Assembly (NCBI GenBank): GCA_965644495.1
Contig: CBFFSA010000012.1
Location: 248,001 to 312,000, forward strand
DNA length: 64,000 nucleotides
Direction of reading: 5' to 3'
Source: Perkinsela sp. CCAP 1560/9
Taxonomy: Eukaryota; Protista; Euglenozoa: Kinetoplastea
The notes below the pieces were generated by a model that had not been told where the DNA came from, did no database searches, and saw only the letters and a program-made list of their open reading frames with translations. Position numbers and translations under genes: made by a program. Below, piece by piece: positions 22,226 through 33,998 of the stretch. Every line of letters begins with the position of its first letter. Within the stretch, counting starts at the first letter, position 1.

Positions 22226-23137
22226 ATGCACTCTTTTCCTCAATTTCACGCCGCGGACCCCGCCGCCGCGTCCCCTCTCCCCCGCACCTCCAAGGTCCAC
22301 GCGTCTACCCTCCCCGTGGAACTGCAACTGCTGCGTTTCCTCGAGGGCCTTACGCACCTACGGGAGGGCTGGAACCCCCACACCCCGGGGTGTTCATGGG
22401 AAGGGGTCACGTGCGACGGCAACGGGGTGCTACGTCGTGTCGCGTGGCTGGGAAAGGGTCTCCGCGGGACCCTCTCCTGGGCCCACACCCCTCCCACGCT
22501 CGAGGTGCTGAACCTCGGAAGCTCCGTGGGGAACGAAATTCGGGGAGAAATCCCCACGGCGTGTCTCCCTGCCTCGCTGCAGGCCTTTCGTGTCTCCCAC
22601 AACGCGTTCTCGGGACCGCTGGAGTGGGCCTCCCTCCCCCCGGGGTTGCACCGACTCGAGGGGATGCACAACCGCTTCGGCGGTCCCCTGGACTTGAGCG
22701 CACTGCCTCGGGATTTGGTACAGCTCAACGTTGGGGGAAATCACTTTGCGGGTCCCATTGGTCTGACCTCACTGCCCCCTACGCTGGTGGAAACGTATCT
22801 ACCGCGTAATCTTTTAAACGGGTCTGTTTATCTACAGGAGCTTCCTGGGAGGCTTCAAGCCCTTCATTTGGGTCATAATTTTTTTGACGGGGGGATCGAC
22901 CTCTCGGGTCTTCCCCCGTCGCTTCGTGTGCTGCGGTTAAATGACAACCGTCTTAGTGGATGCCCCGACGTATCCCGTGTTTCGCCGTCGCTTGTTTTTT
23001 TACATTTGCAAAATAATAAATTTTCTGGAATATTGGACTGTAGAAATCTTCCTACGAATTTACACCGTGTCTGGGTGAAAGGGAATGCCTTTGATGGCCA
23101 TCAGCCAGAAGTACTACCTGAGGCGGTGGATTGGTAG
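22226..23137 (+). CDS. Leucine-rich repeat protein (GC-rich member)
   Basis: AAD..RTSKVHASTLPVEL, WNPHTPGCSWEGVTC cap, ~9 LRRs. Confidence 0.88.
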   Translation: MHSFPQFHAADPAAASPLPRTSKVHASTLPVELQLLRFLEGLTHLREGWNPHTPGCSWEGVTCDGNGVLRRVAWLGKGLRGTLSWAHTPPTLEVLNLGSSVGNEIRGEIPTACLPASLQAFRVSHNAFSGPLEWASLPPGLHRLEGMHNRFGGPLDLSALPRDLVQLNVGGNHFAGPIGLTSLPPTLVETYLPRNLLNGSVYLQELPGRLQALHLGHNFFDGGIDLSGLPPSLRVLRLNDNRLSGCPDVSRVSPSLVFLHLQNNKFSGILDCRNLPTNLHRVWVKGNAFDGHQPEVLPEAVDW

Positions 23138-23620
23138 GTAGGGCAAGGGGTAATACTGTCCTTTGTGAATAGCTGTGGGTAGAGGAGTTTTCGTTTCTGA
23201 TCATCGCTAGAAGCATCAGAGTCCTCTATTTCGCTGTAGACACGAAGCTGTGGTGATGTTCTGTGATGATGAAATGACGGCGTGTTTGTGTCAGATGAGT
23301 GCCTTATATTGGTAGGGACTAATTTTTGAATTATTATTATTATCCCTACCCCACGTGTGAAAGAAGCATTTGCCGTAACCCTTAATAGAAGAAAGGTAAT
23401 TTTCGGGCGCAAAGGGGTCTTTCTTTGCCGGAAAAGTGGGTGGTTAGAGTCGCATTCTCTTTCGCTGTGTCAGCGACTTTCTCTCTCTCTCTCTCTAAAA
23501 GCGACATCTTTTTGGTGTGCAGGAAAATTGCTTTTTATTGCACCGTACCTTACCTATCTCAGTCTCTAAAGCAATAACTATAATAATAATTGTACTTGCA
23601 ATAACTTTTGTTTTATTTCC

Positions 23621-24076
23621 ATGTTCGCTTGCAGCTCCAGATATTGTTTTGTGAACGCATACTCTCTCTTCGTCAAAGATCATCGTTTGGATATTAGAAA
23701 AAAATATCCACACTTTTCATTTTGTGAAGTAGGTAAGCAAATAGCGAAATTGTATCGCGCTCTTTCAGAAGTTCGCCATGCAGAGTACGTAAAAAAGGCT
23801 GCAAACCTCAACTCTATTGAGAAGGAAAAAATTAGAGAGGGAGCTTTGATACCAAAGCAACCCAAAAACAGTAGATCGCGCATAAAATCTGAACTGTATA
23901 AAAGTAATCCCTACATGCTGTTTGCCAAGGATGTCAAGGCAACTTTATCCGGCACAACCAGTCTAGGCGAAAGAGGAAAAAAGGTTGGACAACTATGGCT
24001 AGCCCTTCCTAAGGAACGAAGGGATTTCTATAAACGAAAAAGTGCTCTATTGCAGAAATCCATTAAAAAACGTTAG
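23621..24076 (+). CDS. Double HMG-box protein, kinetoplast-associated protein (KAP)-like
   Basis: NAYSLFVKD..F.EVGKQIAKLYRALS and NPYMLFAKD..GKKVGQLWLALPKE; short presequence-like N-terminus. Confidence 0.75.
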   Translation: MFACSSRYCFVNAYSLFVKDHRLDIRKKYPHFSFCEVGKQIAKLYRALSEVRHAEYVKKAANLNSIEKEKIREGALIPKQPKNSRSRIKSELYKSNPYMLFAKDVKATLSGTTSLGERGKKVGQLWLALPKERRDFYKRKSALLQKSIKKR

Positions 24077-24452
24077 AAGAAAAGGGAAAATAGGTTAGAA
24101 TAGGGATTTATAACACGGAAATACAATTTTTTAAGGCAACATATGAAATGAAATTTCGCGAGAAACTTATAACTATGGGTAGCCAAGTATCGAATCTTTG
24201 CACCAGGGGACTCCTACGAAATCATGTTTCCGAAACGTTGCCTGTACTGTTTAGTATACTACAAGGAGCACTTACGCGTTCAAATGCAGGTGATGCTTCC
24301 CTTCTATACAGGTGCTCAGCAGATGTATCAATCTTTTTAAAATATTGATCCAGTATTAACGTTTTGCACTGAACTTTTCTTTCGCCATCTATTATTGCAT
24401 TTTTTCATTATCTTGAAACTTACTGACTTTCTATTTCACCACTCCACTCACT

Positions 24453-24854
24453 ATGCTTTTCCGTAGCCTAGGACTGCGTATGAACGCCTACATGGTGTTT
24501 AGCAAAGAAACCCGACAAAAAGTTATCGCTAGCAACCCTGGCATTCGATTCGGTCAGATTGGAAAAACCTTGGGAAAGATGTACAGAGATCTCTCTAAAG
24601 AGCAAATAGCAGCGTACGAGCAGAAGGCCAAAAGCCTGACACCCCCTAAAAAGATTTCGAAAGCCAAAAACCCGGGACGTTCCAAACGGGGTACTGCGAA
24701 TCCCTTTATGATATTCGTAAAAGCGAATCAGGAGAAAGTTCCGAAAACTCTAAAGCCGGTCCAGCGAGCAAAGGAACTTGGAAAACTGTGGCGCGCTCTA
24801 CCTGAGGCGGAGAAAGCTTCGTATTTTCGTAAGAGCAAAGAAATGACTTCTTAG
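24453..24854 (+). CDS. Double HMG-box protein, KAP3/KAP4-like, mitochondrial
   Basis: 9-aa presequence MLFRSLGLR, then NAYMVFSKE..FGQIGKTLGKMYR and NPFMIFVK..AKELGKLWRALPEAEK. Confidence 0.8.
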   Translation: MLFRSLGLRMNAYMVFSKETRQKVIASNPGIRFGQIGKTLGKMYRDLSKEQIAAYEQKAKSLTPPKKISKAKNPGRSKRGTANPFMIFVKANQEKVPKTLKPVQRAKELGKLWRALPEAEKASYFRKSKEMTS

Positions 24855-25199
24855 GGTAGAATTCAAGACATACACTTTTTCAAGCAATACGAAATACAGA
24901 AAAATTAAACGGGATATACAATCATTTTCTAGATGAGTTTTTTCTTACTTTTTTTGTTCTGATCATTGACACGATTTCTATTTTGTTTTATTACCTCTGA
25001 GCTTAACGCATTGAAAGCGCTTGTAAGTGATTCGTAAAACAAGTTTTAAATATTTGTGGATATGCTTCGCCTAGAAATTTCAGTCAAAACATAGATTACA
25101 AATTTTTACTCAGCACATCAGTTCAATGTTAGGTTTTCAATAAAATAATTTTCATATAAATATTCTCTTATTCCTTCATTTGAATTTCCTTAAAAGTAT

Positions 25200-27374
25200 A
25201 AATCGCCCAAAGAAAGTACGAATCGTTCAGATAAAATGGATAAAAGCTCGTCATTCAGTAAAAACTTATTTGTCTAAGTTCTTTGCTTAACTTTGTCGTT
25301 TAATTGCTTTCTTGGTCAAACGTCCACCAAGATTCCGGAAAAGTTTTGTCGTCGCTCGATGCTTCGGGTGCATGTATAGGTTCGTCAGGTTTCTTTTTGC
25401 CAAGGACAAACCCCCAGTTATCAAGACGAGAACGACTCAGAGAGGACCCAGTAGCGGCCTGTAGGCTTTTCTTGAAAGACTCTTCAATATTCTCTGTCGT
25501 AGTAGCCACGTTTTCCGGTTCAATACTAGAAGGAACAAAAGAGTAGTTCTTCAGAGTCTTTGATCGTAACTTGGCTAGGGTAGGGTTAGTGTACCCGAGA
25601 TGTTCAAATTGTTTTTTCACATCCATGTTTTCAACTGTTTTGGCGTGAGCTCTTGCTACGATGCTGTGTACCCATTGTCGCTTTTGCGCTGAAGTACGTG
25701 GTAAATTGTGTTCTGATTGCCACAGTTTCTCATGTTGATTGTAATGCGAAGCGTAATACACGTCGATCCATTGAATCCAGGATGTACACCCGGCGGGGAA
25801 AACAGCAGGGTAGCAGTGAGCGCTTTTGAGAAAGGAATCCAACACTTGTTGTGTAACATATGAGCGGCAGGAATCTGAAATAAGTAATGATGGATGGGCA
25901 GTTTCTTCGAAAAGTTGCTTTTTTAAGTACGGAACATATGCAGAAAGAAAGAATTCAGTGTTTGCAACACCTTTTGGCGTGAAGGCTCGACCGGTACGAG
26001 GATCAAAACTTTCTTTTTGCATAATTACACCCTTTGCCTTCCATAAGATCATTGGCTTCAAGAAGAAGTGGGCAACAGAATTGAAATTTTCATCGATCTC
26101 AACAACAGCTCCGCTGATGAGAGTCGCGCACCTCTTGCTGTCATTTGGGTTAACTTTTACGACGACATCGGGGTCACCTCGAACAGCAACTGTCTTGAGC
26201 GCGCTCATTGTTCCACGAACAGAAATGGGAATTTCATCGAAGTTTATAACACGCCGAAAAAGTTTTGTCTGTAGAGAGCGATGGATGAACTCATGAAATT
26301 TTTGAACCTTGGATAAAATTTCGTCAGGAGTCATTTTTGTCTGTCGTTTTACCAGTTGAAGACTTAAATGTGCGCTTCGAAGAAATCGAGAAACCCAAGT
26401 TTAGCTCACCGTGGTGATTGTTTCGTTTTGTGCTTGTACAGGGTGTTCGGACAAGTATAAGTGAGCTTGATTCATAATAGTTGAGAACGTGACCAAACCA
26501 AATGCGTTTCGCGCTCCTCGTATAAAAGCATTTAAATGCTTTTTCAAATCCTCTAGAGGGTGATTCTTTCTATGTGGTGTTCTCATGTCTGTCTCTGCAC
26601 TCACTTTTCCCCATTCAATCAATTGAAGCTTGGTACATAAGCGGTACTTATTTTTAGCCCACTTGTTTCGAATGTATTCGTTAAGCTTCGGAAGAAGGCC
26701 GTATTTTGACTCACCTTCCGGCAAAGTCATATAATACGCATAAACGCAACGTTTTACTTCTGCTGGCACGTCCACACGGTATCCGCGATCTTTATTTTCT
26801 GATTTGGGTCTGCATGCACGGTAGTTATCTTTGACACGACGTCGTTTATGTCCAATGACATCGGGTGTGCTTGCACTATCAGAGGCGATCTCATTCTTAG
26901 GTATGCAAGGGTTAAGTGGGCTTCCTGGATAATGCACGCCATCAACGTGATCTATAGATCCTTCCTCAAGGTCACTCATTTTCTCTAGGTCGCTGCTTTC
27001 TTCACAAAGCAACCCTTCACGGATAGAGTAGGTATCGAGATTGCTCATATCTTCTTCGACTCCAAGTTCATCTACGGCACCTTCGTCCCCTTTCAGTGAT
27101 ACACATTCTTCGTCTGTGTCCACCGCTTGTACAAAATCAGAGGTTTGTTCCCGATGCCGAATAGCCCCTTCTTTAAATAAATTATCCATCCGAAAAGGGA
27201 AATGCAATAATAATCCGAGATACAATAATAATCCGAAAGTGCAATAATAATGTGTAAAATGCAATTATAATCCGAAAGTGCATTAATAATCCAAAATGCA
27301 ATAATAATCCGAAAGTGCATTAATAATCCAAAATGCAATAATAATCCAAAAAGCAATAATAATACGCACCCCCG
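25200..27374 (-). mobile_element. pogo-like (DD36D) transposon; transposase has one nonsense codon; 3' TIR not found
   Basis: ORFs 27264-26401 and 26334-25300 are in frame across one TAA (VS*TWVSRFLR, CENP-B-like HTH); NFDE, ISDS, PAGCTSWIQWID; subterminal repeats 27195-27365. Confidence 0.8.
27195..27365. repeat. Subterminal ~19-bp tandem repeats TGCAATAATAATCCGAAAG
   Basis: About 9 degenerate copies next to the terminus CGCACCCCCG. Confidence 0.8.
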
Positions 27375-27427
27375 TTTAACTGTTTTTCTCCTTCAATGTC
27401 TGCAGCTCCGACTAATTTCGCATGCTT

Positions 27428-28174
27428 TCAGAGGATTTTTTTTCGCACCGAACCCGCGACCCGCAGCCCCTCTATTGTCCATGTAACACATTGCGCAAAG
27501 TATGGAGCCCGGGAAAACCCCATGGGCAATACCTTTAGAGAGAAAACTTTACCTGCACATAATATAGAAACAAAATTTTCTATTCCCCTGGGAAATGCAA
27601 TTTGGTGAAACTCATGTCTCATATCTGCACTTAACATGTACCCGTGCGGAAAGCATGATATAGCACATCTCACCTCTGACAAGGTAGGCAGGTTCACACA
27701 TAACGGTTTTTTGCATAGTACGTTTAATGCAGTTCCATCAAAAATGCTGCGTGACGCAGTATTATTCTTTGGGACCTCGAAATAGCGGAGAAACACGCGA
27801 GCACAATTGTGTGGATTTCTGATTTCCTCTAGCACTCTGCTTTTTACCAGTTCGTGCAGATGGTCCAACCATTTTCTTTCTGAGTATGAGCCATGACGAC
27901 TTTTAATAGATTCCAGGCCCACCATTTCTCGGAAAGAGGACGCGTCTTGGAGCGCTCCCAAACTTTCTGTTGCCCACTGAAGATCCATGTTGCTACCTAC
28001 ATTTTTGAGATACCGTAAGCTAATGATTCCTGCTACATTTATTGGATCAAGCGGCAGCATCTGCGTCGCCCGAATTTTCGAAAACAAGGTTCGCGACGTA
28101 GCGTAACCACCTTCGTCCAGTGGCTCCATTTCAAGGAAATCTGCTCCGTTCATTATAGATTTATTTTGTGGCAT
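27428..28174 (-). pseudogene. DIRS/VIPER-type reverse transcriptase, N-terminal half
   Basis: RT motifs up to LPMG.S.AP..AQ present; YxDD/N region missing (truncated at the pogo element). Confidence 0.8.
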
Positions 28175-29023
28175 TCGTGATAAGGCTGCTATTCAGAAAA
28201 CTGTATGTCGGCTTCTTGGAATACAAGAAACCTTTTTTTTTATCAGTATGATGTACGGGAACATTTTTTTTGTGAGCTTCTTAGAAGCCACCGTGCGTAT
28301 TACTTTGTCATAAGAAATTAAGAATTATTCAAAGGGTAGATCCCGTAGCATATTTATAACATTATGATTTAATAAATCCCATCAGGGTTCGCAGAAACTA
28401 TAAAACTATCAATGTAGTACTATATAGTTACTATAAACTTTTTTCGAAAACTATAAAAAGCTATATTTTTTTGCTTCACATTTTAAGCACTCCGAAGCTC
28501 ACCAACACGCCATAAATACACGGCGAATTCATTTGTGTACGATTCTTCTAATTTTTAAACCCGAAAATTGATGCCCGAAATTAAAGTTACGAGGGGTAGT
28601 TTCTGCAAAGATTATTTTATTGAACTGCTGCACACGGAGGGAAGTAAACAAGCGGTTGAATGTAACTTGTGTCAGGAGGTGACGTACCCCAGTCCCATCG
28701 CGTGGCCTTGACAGATTGCCTTGTGCGAATCTTGCGTCCCGAACATCTCACTGCATCGCTGCCGCCGCGCGTTGGCTGGAGCCACCGACGTTATGTCTTG
28801 GGACTGAATAACTGCTGCTCACAATTCTATGAGTGTGAATAAATACAATCATATGAGTCTGAATAAATTACGCGGTGTGTTGTCGAGTGGAGAGTTTGTA
28901 CTTCCTATCGTCACTCCTTTCGCATGCGTTTCATTGCTATTTCCGAGGAGATGACACACTAGTTGATGATATTTTTCGGCGCTGATGGAATCGCGGGGAA
29001 GAGGGAGGATGTTTCGATAGCTA

Positions 29024-29801
29024 CAGTGGTTTCAGTTGATCTTGGCCCCCCCCCTCGGAATTTTGATTTTTTTTATCCTTTTTTGCTGATCTTTGCAGCA
29101 TTGGAGAGATCTTGTTCCCCTAGCGAAGAGCTTTGCCACCTTTTTTTCATAGAGACCCCCTGATGCCCCCTGGGTGACCCGAAAGTTGACCAAAATAAAA
29201 AAAATGATAGTTTTTTACCATATCAAAAATGAAACAAAAAAGGGAATTTGTGTCCAAAAGTTAACTCTGAAGGAAAAGAACTAGTATCCGGAATGGCCTC
29301 CATTGTTTTGCAACACTTTTTGAAGTCTATTTGGGACTGAATCAATTGTGCTGCACACTTTATGTTTTTCTTGAGGACTTTGTGGGGTATTGGGGGGTTG
29401 TCTTCTCTTTTGTCATTCCATCCTTGTACGTACTCCTCCTGCTTGGGGTTAGAGGGTCTGGTCTGCATAATGTAGAGGTGTTGACTATATTAAATTAAGC
29501 GATAGGGATGGTACTAGACATGGAGCTTTCAAATTATCAATTTAGAACACTATTACTCGTACTTACATGTGTAAAATGTACAGAAAATCGGGAAAATGTA
29601 GCAAAAAATGGTTGTGTACACAGAAAACGTCCAAAAAAACAGTGTTTTTTGGACCCAGGGGTCACCAGGGGGTCTCTATGAAAAAAAGGCGTCAAAGCTC
29701 TTCGTTAGGGGAACGAGATCTCTGCAATGCTGCAAAGTTCAGCAAAAAAGGATAAAAAAAATCAAAATTCCGAGGGGGGGCAAGATCAACTGAAACCACT
29801 G
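29024..29801. mobile_element. Tc1-type MITE with ~150-bp TIRs
   Basis: TA|CAGTGGTTTCAGTTGATCTTG ... CAAGATCAACTGAAACCACTG|TA. Confidence 0.9.
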
Positions 29802-29803
29802 TA

Positions 29804-30029
29804 TGTAACCCAGGATAAAGTGGACGAGGGAGGTTCTAAAAGCACCTTTAAACCACCACAAAAATGGAATGATATCTCCCGGTTTGTAAAGGATTCCAAC
29901 GTGCCAAAAGAATCTTTAAGGAAATTAAGAATCTTTAAGAATCTTTCTCTCTACATACCCTTCCATTTTTATGGTGGTTTGCCAAAGGTGCTTTTAGTAT
30001 CTCCCTCGTCCACTTTAGCTTGGGTTACA
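29804..30029. mobile_element. MITE with TGTAACCCA...TGGGTTACA termini
   Basis: ~65-bp imperfect TIRs (TAAAGTGGACGAGGGAG / CTCCCTCGTCCACTTTA); TSD unclear. Confidence 0.7.
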
Positions 30030-30357
30030 TTTTTTTCAGAATTTCTTGTCATATCATACGTATGTAAGCGTGTAAGACCGCATGTAGAGGCGTGTGTATG
30101 TCCTTCACAAGCGGAGAGGACTCAAAAAATATCACTTGTAAAGTGAAAAAAACTTTATAGTTTTCTTATAGTTTTATAGTAAAATATAGTAAACATAGTA
30201 CTATATAGTAACTATATTCAATGAAAAAATCTATATTTTACTATATTCTCTGGCGAATTCAGATCCCCATGTAATCCACTCATTTTGAGCGGCTAAGGAC
30301 ATTGTGTGGCATTATTCTTCATTATTAGCGTATGAAAAATCAACGAACAGTTCAGTA

Positions 30358-30761
30358 TTCGTGGTCCCTTGAAGCAGGACAATCTTACTCGTATCATTGA
30401 GTGATATGCAGCACTATCAGGCCACCACACTCAATGGTACCTTGGGCAGTACACTCATCTACACCTTCGCCCAAAATTTTATACCCCTATTTAGTTCGAA
30501 CATTTTGGAAAGATATGCCTGTTTTTTTCATTGCTACGCATTTAGAACAGAAACGCATTTGTTCTGCATTTGATATCTCAATAGATCCGTCACAGGCGAT
30601 GTACATATTCCAGTGGTAGAACAAAAAAATGTGTGTATAAAATTTTGGGCGAAGGTCTAGATGAGTGTACTGCCCAAGGTACCATTGAGTGTGGTGGCCT
30701 GATAGTGCTGCATATCACTCAATGGTACGAGTAAGATTGTCCTGCTTCAAGGGACCACGAA
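30358..30761. repeat. ~127-bp inverted repeat (foldback) interrupting the YR frame
   Basis: 30358-30484 is a near-perfect reverse complement of 30635-30761. Confidence 0.85.
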
Positions 30762-32023
30762 GAGCAGATGGGGGGGTTCGTGCGACAAAGATCACCACCC
30801 CGTATTAGCTCTACCTCGCATGACCGCAGCGCCGCATAAAACAGAACTCGTACTGCATCCGCCAATTGTTTCCCATTTTCATGTTGTTTGAACCATTCTA
30901 TAAGGTGAAAAAGCATACTCTCAGATATGGAGCCACGCGGAGGGCGCGATACTTTGTTTTTTAAGTTGAGCGCAAAGTTCCCCTCCTAAAAAGGGGTCAT
31001 CAAAAGTACCTAACCAAGTGCACAGCTTTGTGTTTAAGTCTTGATTTTGAGATCGACTACTCTTTTGAGTGAGTTCTTTGGGGGTATCTATAATCAATTC
31101 TGCTAGTTTCCGACGTTTGAAGGAAAACTCCAGTTCATCCTTAAAAAGGAAAGAATTGTTCTTTTGAGCGACTTCCAAAATTCGGCGAGTGATCTTTGAT
31201 TTCTCCTCTTTCGAAGAAGTAGCATAACATTGCTCAACAAAAGCCATTACAGTGGTGAGACAAGATTCTTCCGGAGCTAAGTGTAGCAGAGAAGCCAGAG
31301 AATCGAGTGAAATTTCTTCTTTATATGTCAGCTTGACTTTCATATCCATTTTTTCGGCAGCAAATGTTCGAGGCTTCTTCAATAGGACATCTATTTCTTC
31401 GTTCCCCGAAGACAAAGCTTCGAGATTTTTTCCTGGACCGATGATCGATTCACGATCTAATGCTTCGCTACCTAAGGATCTCTTCTTCAGAGCCTGCTTG
31501 GCCTGCTTACCCATGTAGGCTGAAATGGATTAAGAGGAGAAAGACTGAAGCTTAACTTTAATGTTGCCTTCTATTTTCAGATTTCATCTTTTATCTGCTC
31601 CTTCCCCCCCCCCCTTTTTTTGAACAATTCTTTGGGCAAGCAAGCTCCGCTTCCGAGGCTGAGAAAACGTTGCGTTGATGACGTTCTGGAGAGGAATCAC
31701 CAACGCTTGCATTTTCACAGCCATCGTAAGCACCTTGATATCGGGACCAAGCCACACCTAATGGCCCATAGCATTCCCAATTTCTCCTTTTCTTCTGTCG
31801 ATTGTGCGAGTCACACCATCAATTATTGAGCCTGTCGTCTATTGACAACAACCGTAATTATGTTAACGTACAGAAATATTTCTTGTAGAATATGTCACTA
31901 CTTTCCCTAGATGAAAAAACCTCATTAACCCAGATTGAGGGACGATCTCCAAGTCAACCGGAAGTATGACAAGCACCGGAGCAGTGATCCCCATTAACCC
32001 AGAGGAATGATCCTCATCAATCC

Positions 32024-32594
32024 AGAAGGATGACCTTCCGTGTACTCCTGGGGATGACCCCAACAAACCTGAGGGATGACCCTCCGTGTACTCCTGGGGA
32101 TAAAACCCAACATACCTGAGGGATGACTCTCCGAGTACTCCTGGGGATGACCCCAACAAACCTGCGGGATGACCCTCCGTGTACTCCTGGGGATGACCCC
32201 AACTAACCTGAGGGATGACCCTCCGTGTACTCCTGGGGATAAAACCCAACAAACCTGAGGGAAGACCCTCCGTGTGCTCCTGGGGATAAAACCCAACAAA
32301 CCTGAGGGATGACCCTCCGAGTACTTCTGGGGATGACCCCAACTAACCTGAGGGATGACCCTCCGAGTACTCCTGGGGATGACCCCAACTAACCTGAGGG
32401 ATGACCCTCCGAGTACTTCTGGGGATGACCCTAACTAACCTGAGGGATGACCCTCCGAGTACTTCTGGGGATGACCCTAACTAACCTGAGGGATAACCCT
32501 CCGAGTACTCCTGGGGATGACCCCAACAAACCTGAGGGGTGACCCTCCGTGTACTCCTGGGGATAAAACCCAACAAACCTGAGGGATGATCCTC
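32024..32594. repeat. 46-47-bp tandem array, about 12 copies, two hairpins per unit
   Basis: GAGGGATGACCCTCCG(T/A)GTACTCCTGGGGATGACCCCAAC(A/T)AACCT. Confidence 0.95.
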
Positions 32595-32599
32595 CCGCC

Positions 32600-32664
32600 T
32601 ACCCCCTCACACTTCGTCGAAAAATCGACGACGCCGGGCTTGGGTATGAAGCGTGTTTACGATG
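32600..32664 (-). ncRNA. Twister ribozyme-like motif (P1 type with P5) with a 5-nt deletion in P4
   Basis: GUAA-ACAC-GC-UUCAUA-C[del]CCAAGC-CCGG-CGUC-GUCGAUUUUUCGAC-GAA-GUGU-GAGGGG. Confidence 0.65.
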
Positions 32665-32759
32665 CCTGTGAAAAAGCTTTTTATTGCACCGTACCTTACC
32701 TATCTCAGTCTCTAAAGCAATAACTATAATAATAATCGTACTTGCAAAAACTTATTTCC

Positions 32760-33220
32760 ACGTTCGCTTGCAGCTCCAGATATTGTTTTGTGAACGCATA
32801 CTCTCTCTTCGTCAAAGATCATCGTTTGGATATTAGAAAAACATATCCACACTTTTCATTTTGTGAAATAGGTAAGAAAATAGCGAAACTGTATCGCGCT
32901 CTTTCAGAAGTTCGTCATGCTGCAAACCTCGACGCAAAAAAGCTGCAAACCTCAACTCTATTGAGAAGGAAAAAATTAGAGAGGTAGCTTTGATACCAAA
33001 GCAACCCAAAAACAGTAGATCGCGCATAAAATCTGAACTGTATAAAAGTAATCCCTACATGCTGTTTGCCAAGGATGTCAAGGCAACTTTATCCGGCACA
33101 ACCAGTCTAGGCGAAAGAGGAAAAAAGGTTGGACAACTATGGCTAGCCCTTCCTAAGGAACGAAGGGATTTCTATAAACGAAAAAGTGCTCTATTGCAGA
33201 AATCCATTAAAAAACGTTAG
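32760..33220 (+). pseudogene. HMG/KAP pseudogene (copy of 23621-24076)
   Basis: ATG changed to ACG; local duplication/frameshift (GCTGCAAACCTC x2) at ~32920-32952. Confidence 0.85.
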
Positions 33221-33596
33221 AAGAAAAGGGAAAATAGGTTAGAATAGGGATTTATAACACGGAAATACAATTTTTTAAGGCAACATATGAAATGAAATTT
33301 CGCGAGAAACTTATAACTATGGGTAGCCAAGTATCGAATCTTTGCACCAGGGGACTCCTACGAAATCATGTTTCCGAAACGTTGCCTGTACTGTTTAGTA
33401 TACTACAAGGAGCACTTACGCGTTCAAATGCAGGTGATGCTTCCCTTCTATACAGGTGCTCAGCAGATGTATCAATCTTTTTAAAATATTGATCCAGTAT
33501 TAACGTTTTGCACTGAACTTTTCTTTCGCCATCTATTATTGCATTTTTTCATTATCTTGAAACTTACTGACTTTCTATTTCACCACTCCACTCACT

Positions 33597-33998
33597 ATGC
33601 TTTTCCGTAGCCTAGGACTGCGTATGAACGCCTACATGGTGTTTAGCAAAGAAACCCGACAAAAAGTTATCGCTAGCAACCCTGGCATTCGATTCGGTCA
33701 GATTGGAAAAACCTTGGGAAAGATGTACAGAGATCTCTCTAAAGAGCAAATAGCAGCGTACGAGCAGAAGGCCAAAAGCCTGACACCCCCTAAAAAGATT
33801 TCGAAAGCCAAAAACCCGGGACGTTCCAAACGGGGTACTGCGAATCCCTTTATGATATTCGTAAAAGCGAATCAGGAGAAAGTTCCGAAAACTCTAAAGC
33901 CGGTCCAGCGAGCAAAGGAACTTGGAAAACTGTGGCGCGCTCTACCTGAGGCGGAGAAAGCTTCGTATTTTCGTAAGAGCAAAGAAATGACTTCTTAG
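33597..33998 (+). CDS. KAP-like double HMG-box protein, identical to 24453-24854
   Basis: Identical translation in the ORF track. Confidence 0.8.
   Translation: MLFRSLGLRMNAYMVFSKETRQKVIASNPGIRFGQIGKTLGKMYRDLSKEQIAAYEQKAKSLTPPKKISKAKNPGRSKRGTANPFMIFVKANQEKVPKTLKPVQRAKELGKLWRALPEAEKASYFRKSKEMTS

Larger units (their letters stand above)
23530..25192 (+). repeat. Segmental duplication copy A (HMG/KAP gene pair)
   Basis: Nearly identical to 32676-34336. Confidence 0.95.
28383..30262. mobile_element. Old non-autonomous hAT-like element
   Basis: CAGGGTTCGC / GCGAATTCAG imperfect ends, CTATA-rich subterminal arrays at both ends, flanks AATCCCAT/ATCCCCAT. Confidence 0.4.
27400..32675 (-). mobile_element. 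Degenerate VIPER/TATE-like tyrosine-recombinase retrotransposon, interrupted by nested DNA elements
   Basis: Order on - strand: twister-like motif, tandem array, ORF 31514-30921, YR fragment (LFYAALRSCEV, 30916-30760), RT (YFEVPK..RSIFD, ADMRHEFHQI, VLPMGFSRAP). Confidence 0.7.

Noticed and set aside
24148-24348. 66-aa ORF duplicated at 33292-33492
   Set aside because: Conserved only because of the recent segmental duplication; no recognisable motif
32024-32594. CRISPR-like array
   Set aside because: Units are contiguous with no unique spacers, there are no cas genes, and the context is eukaryotic
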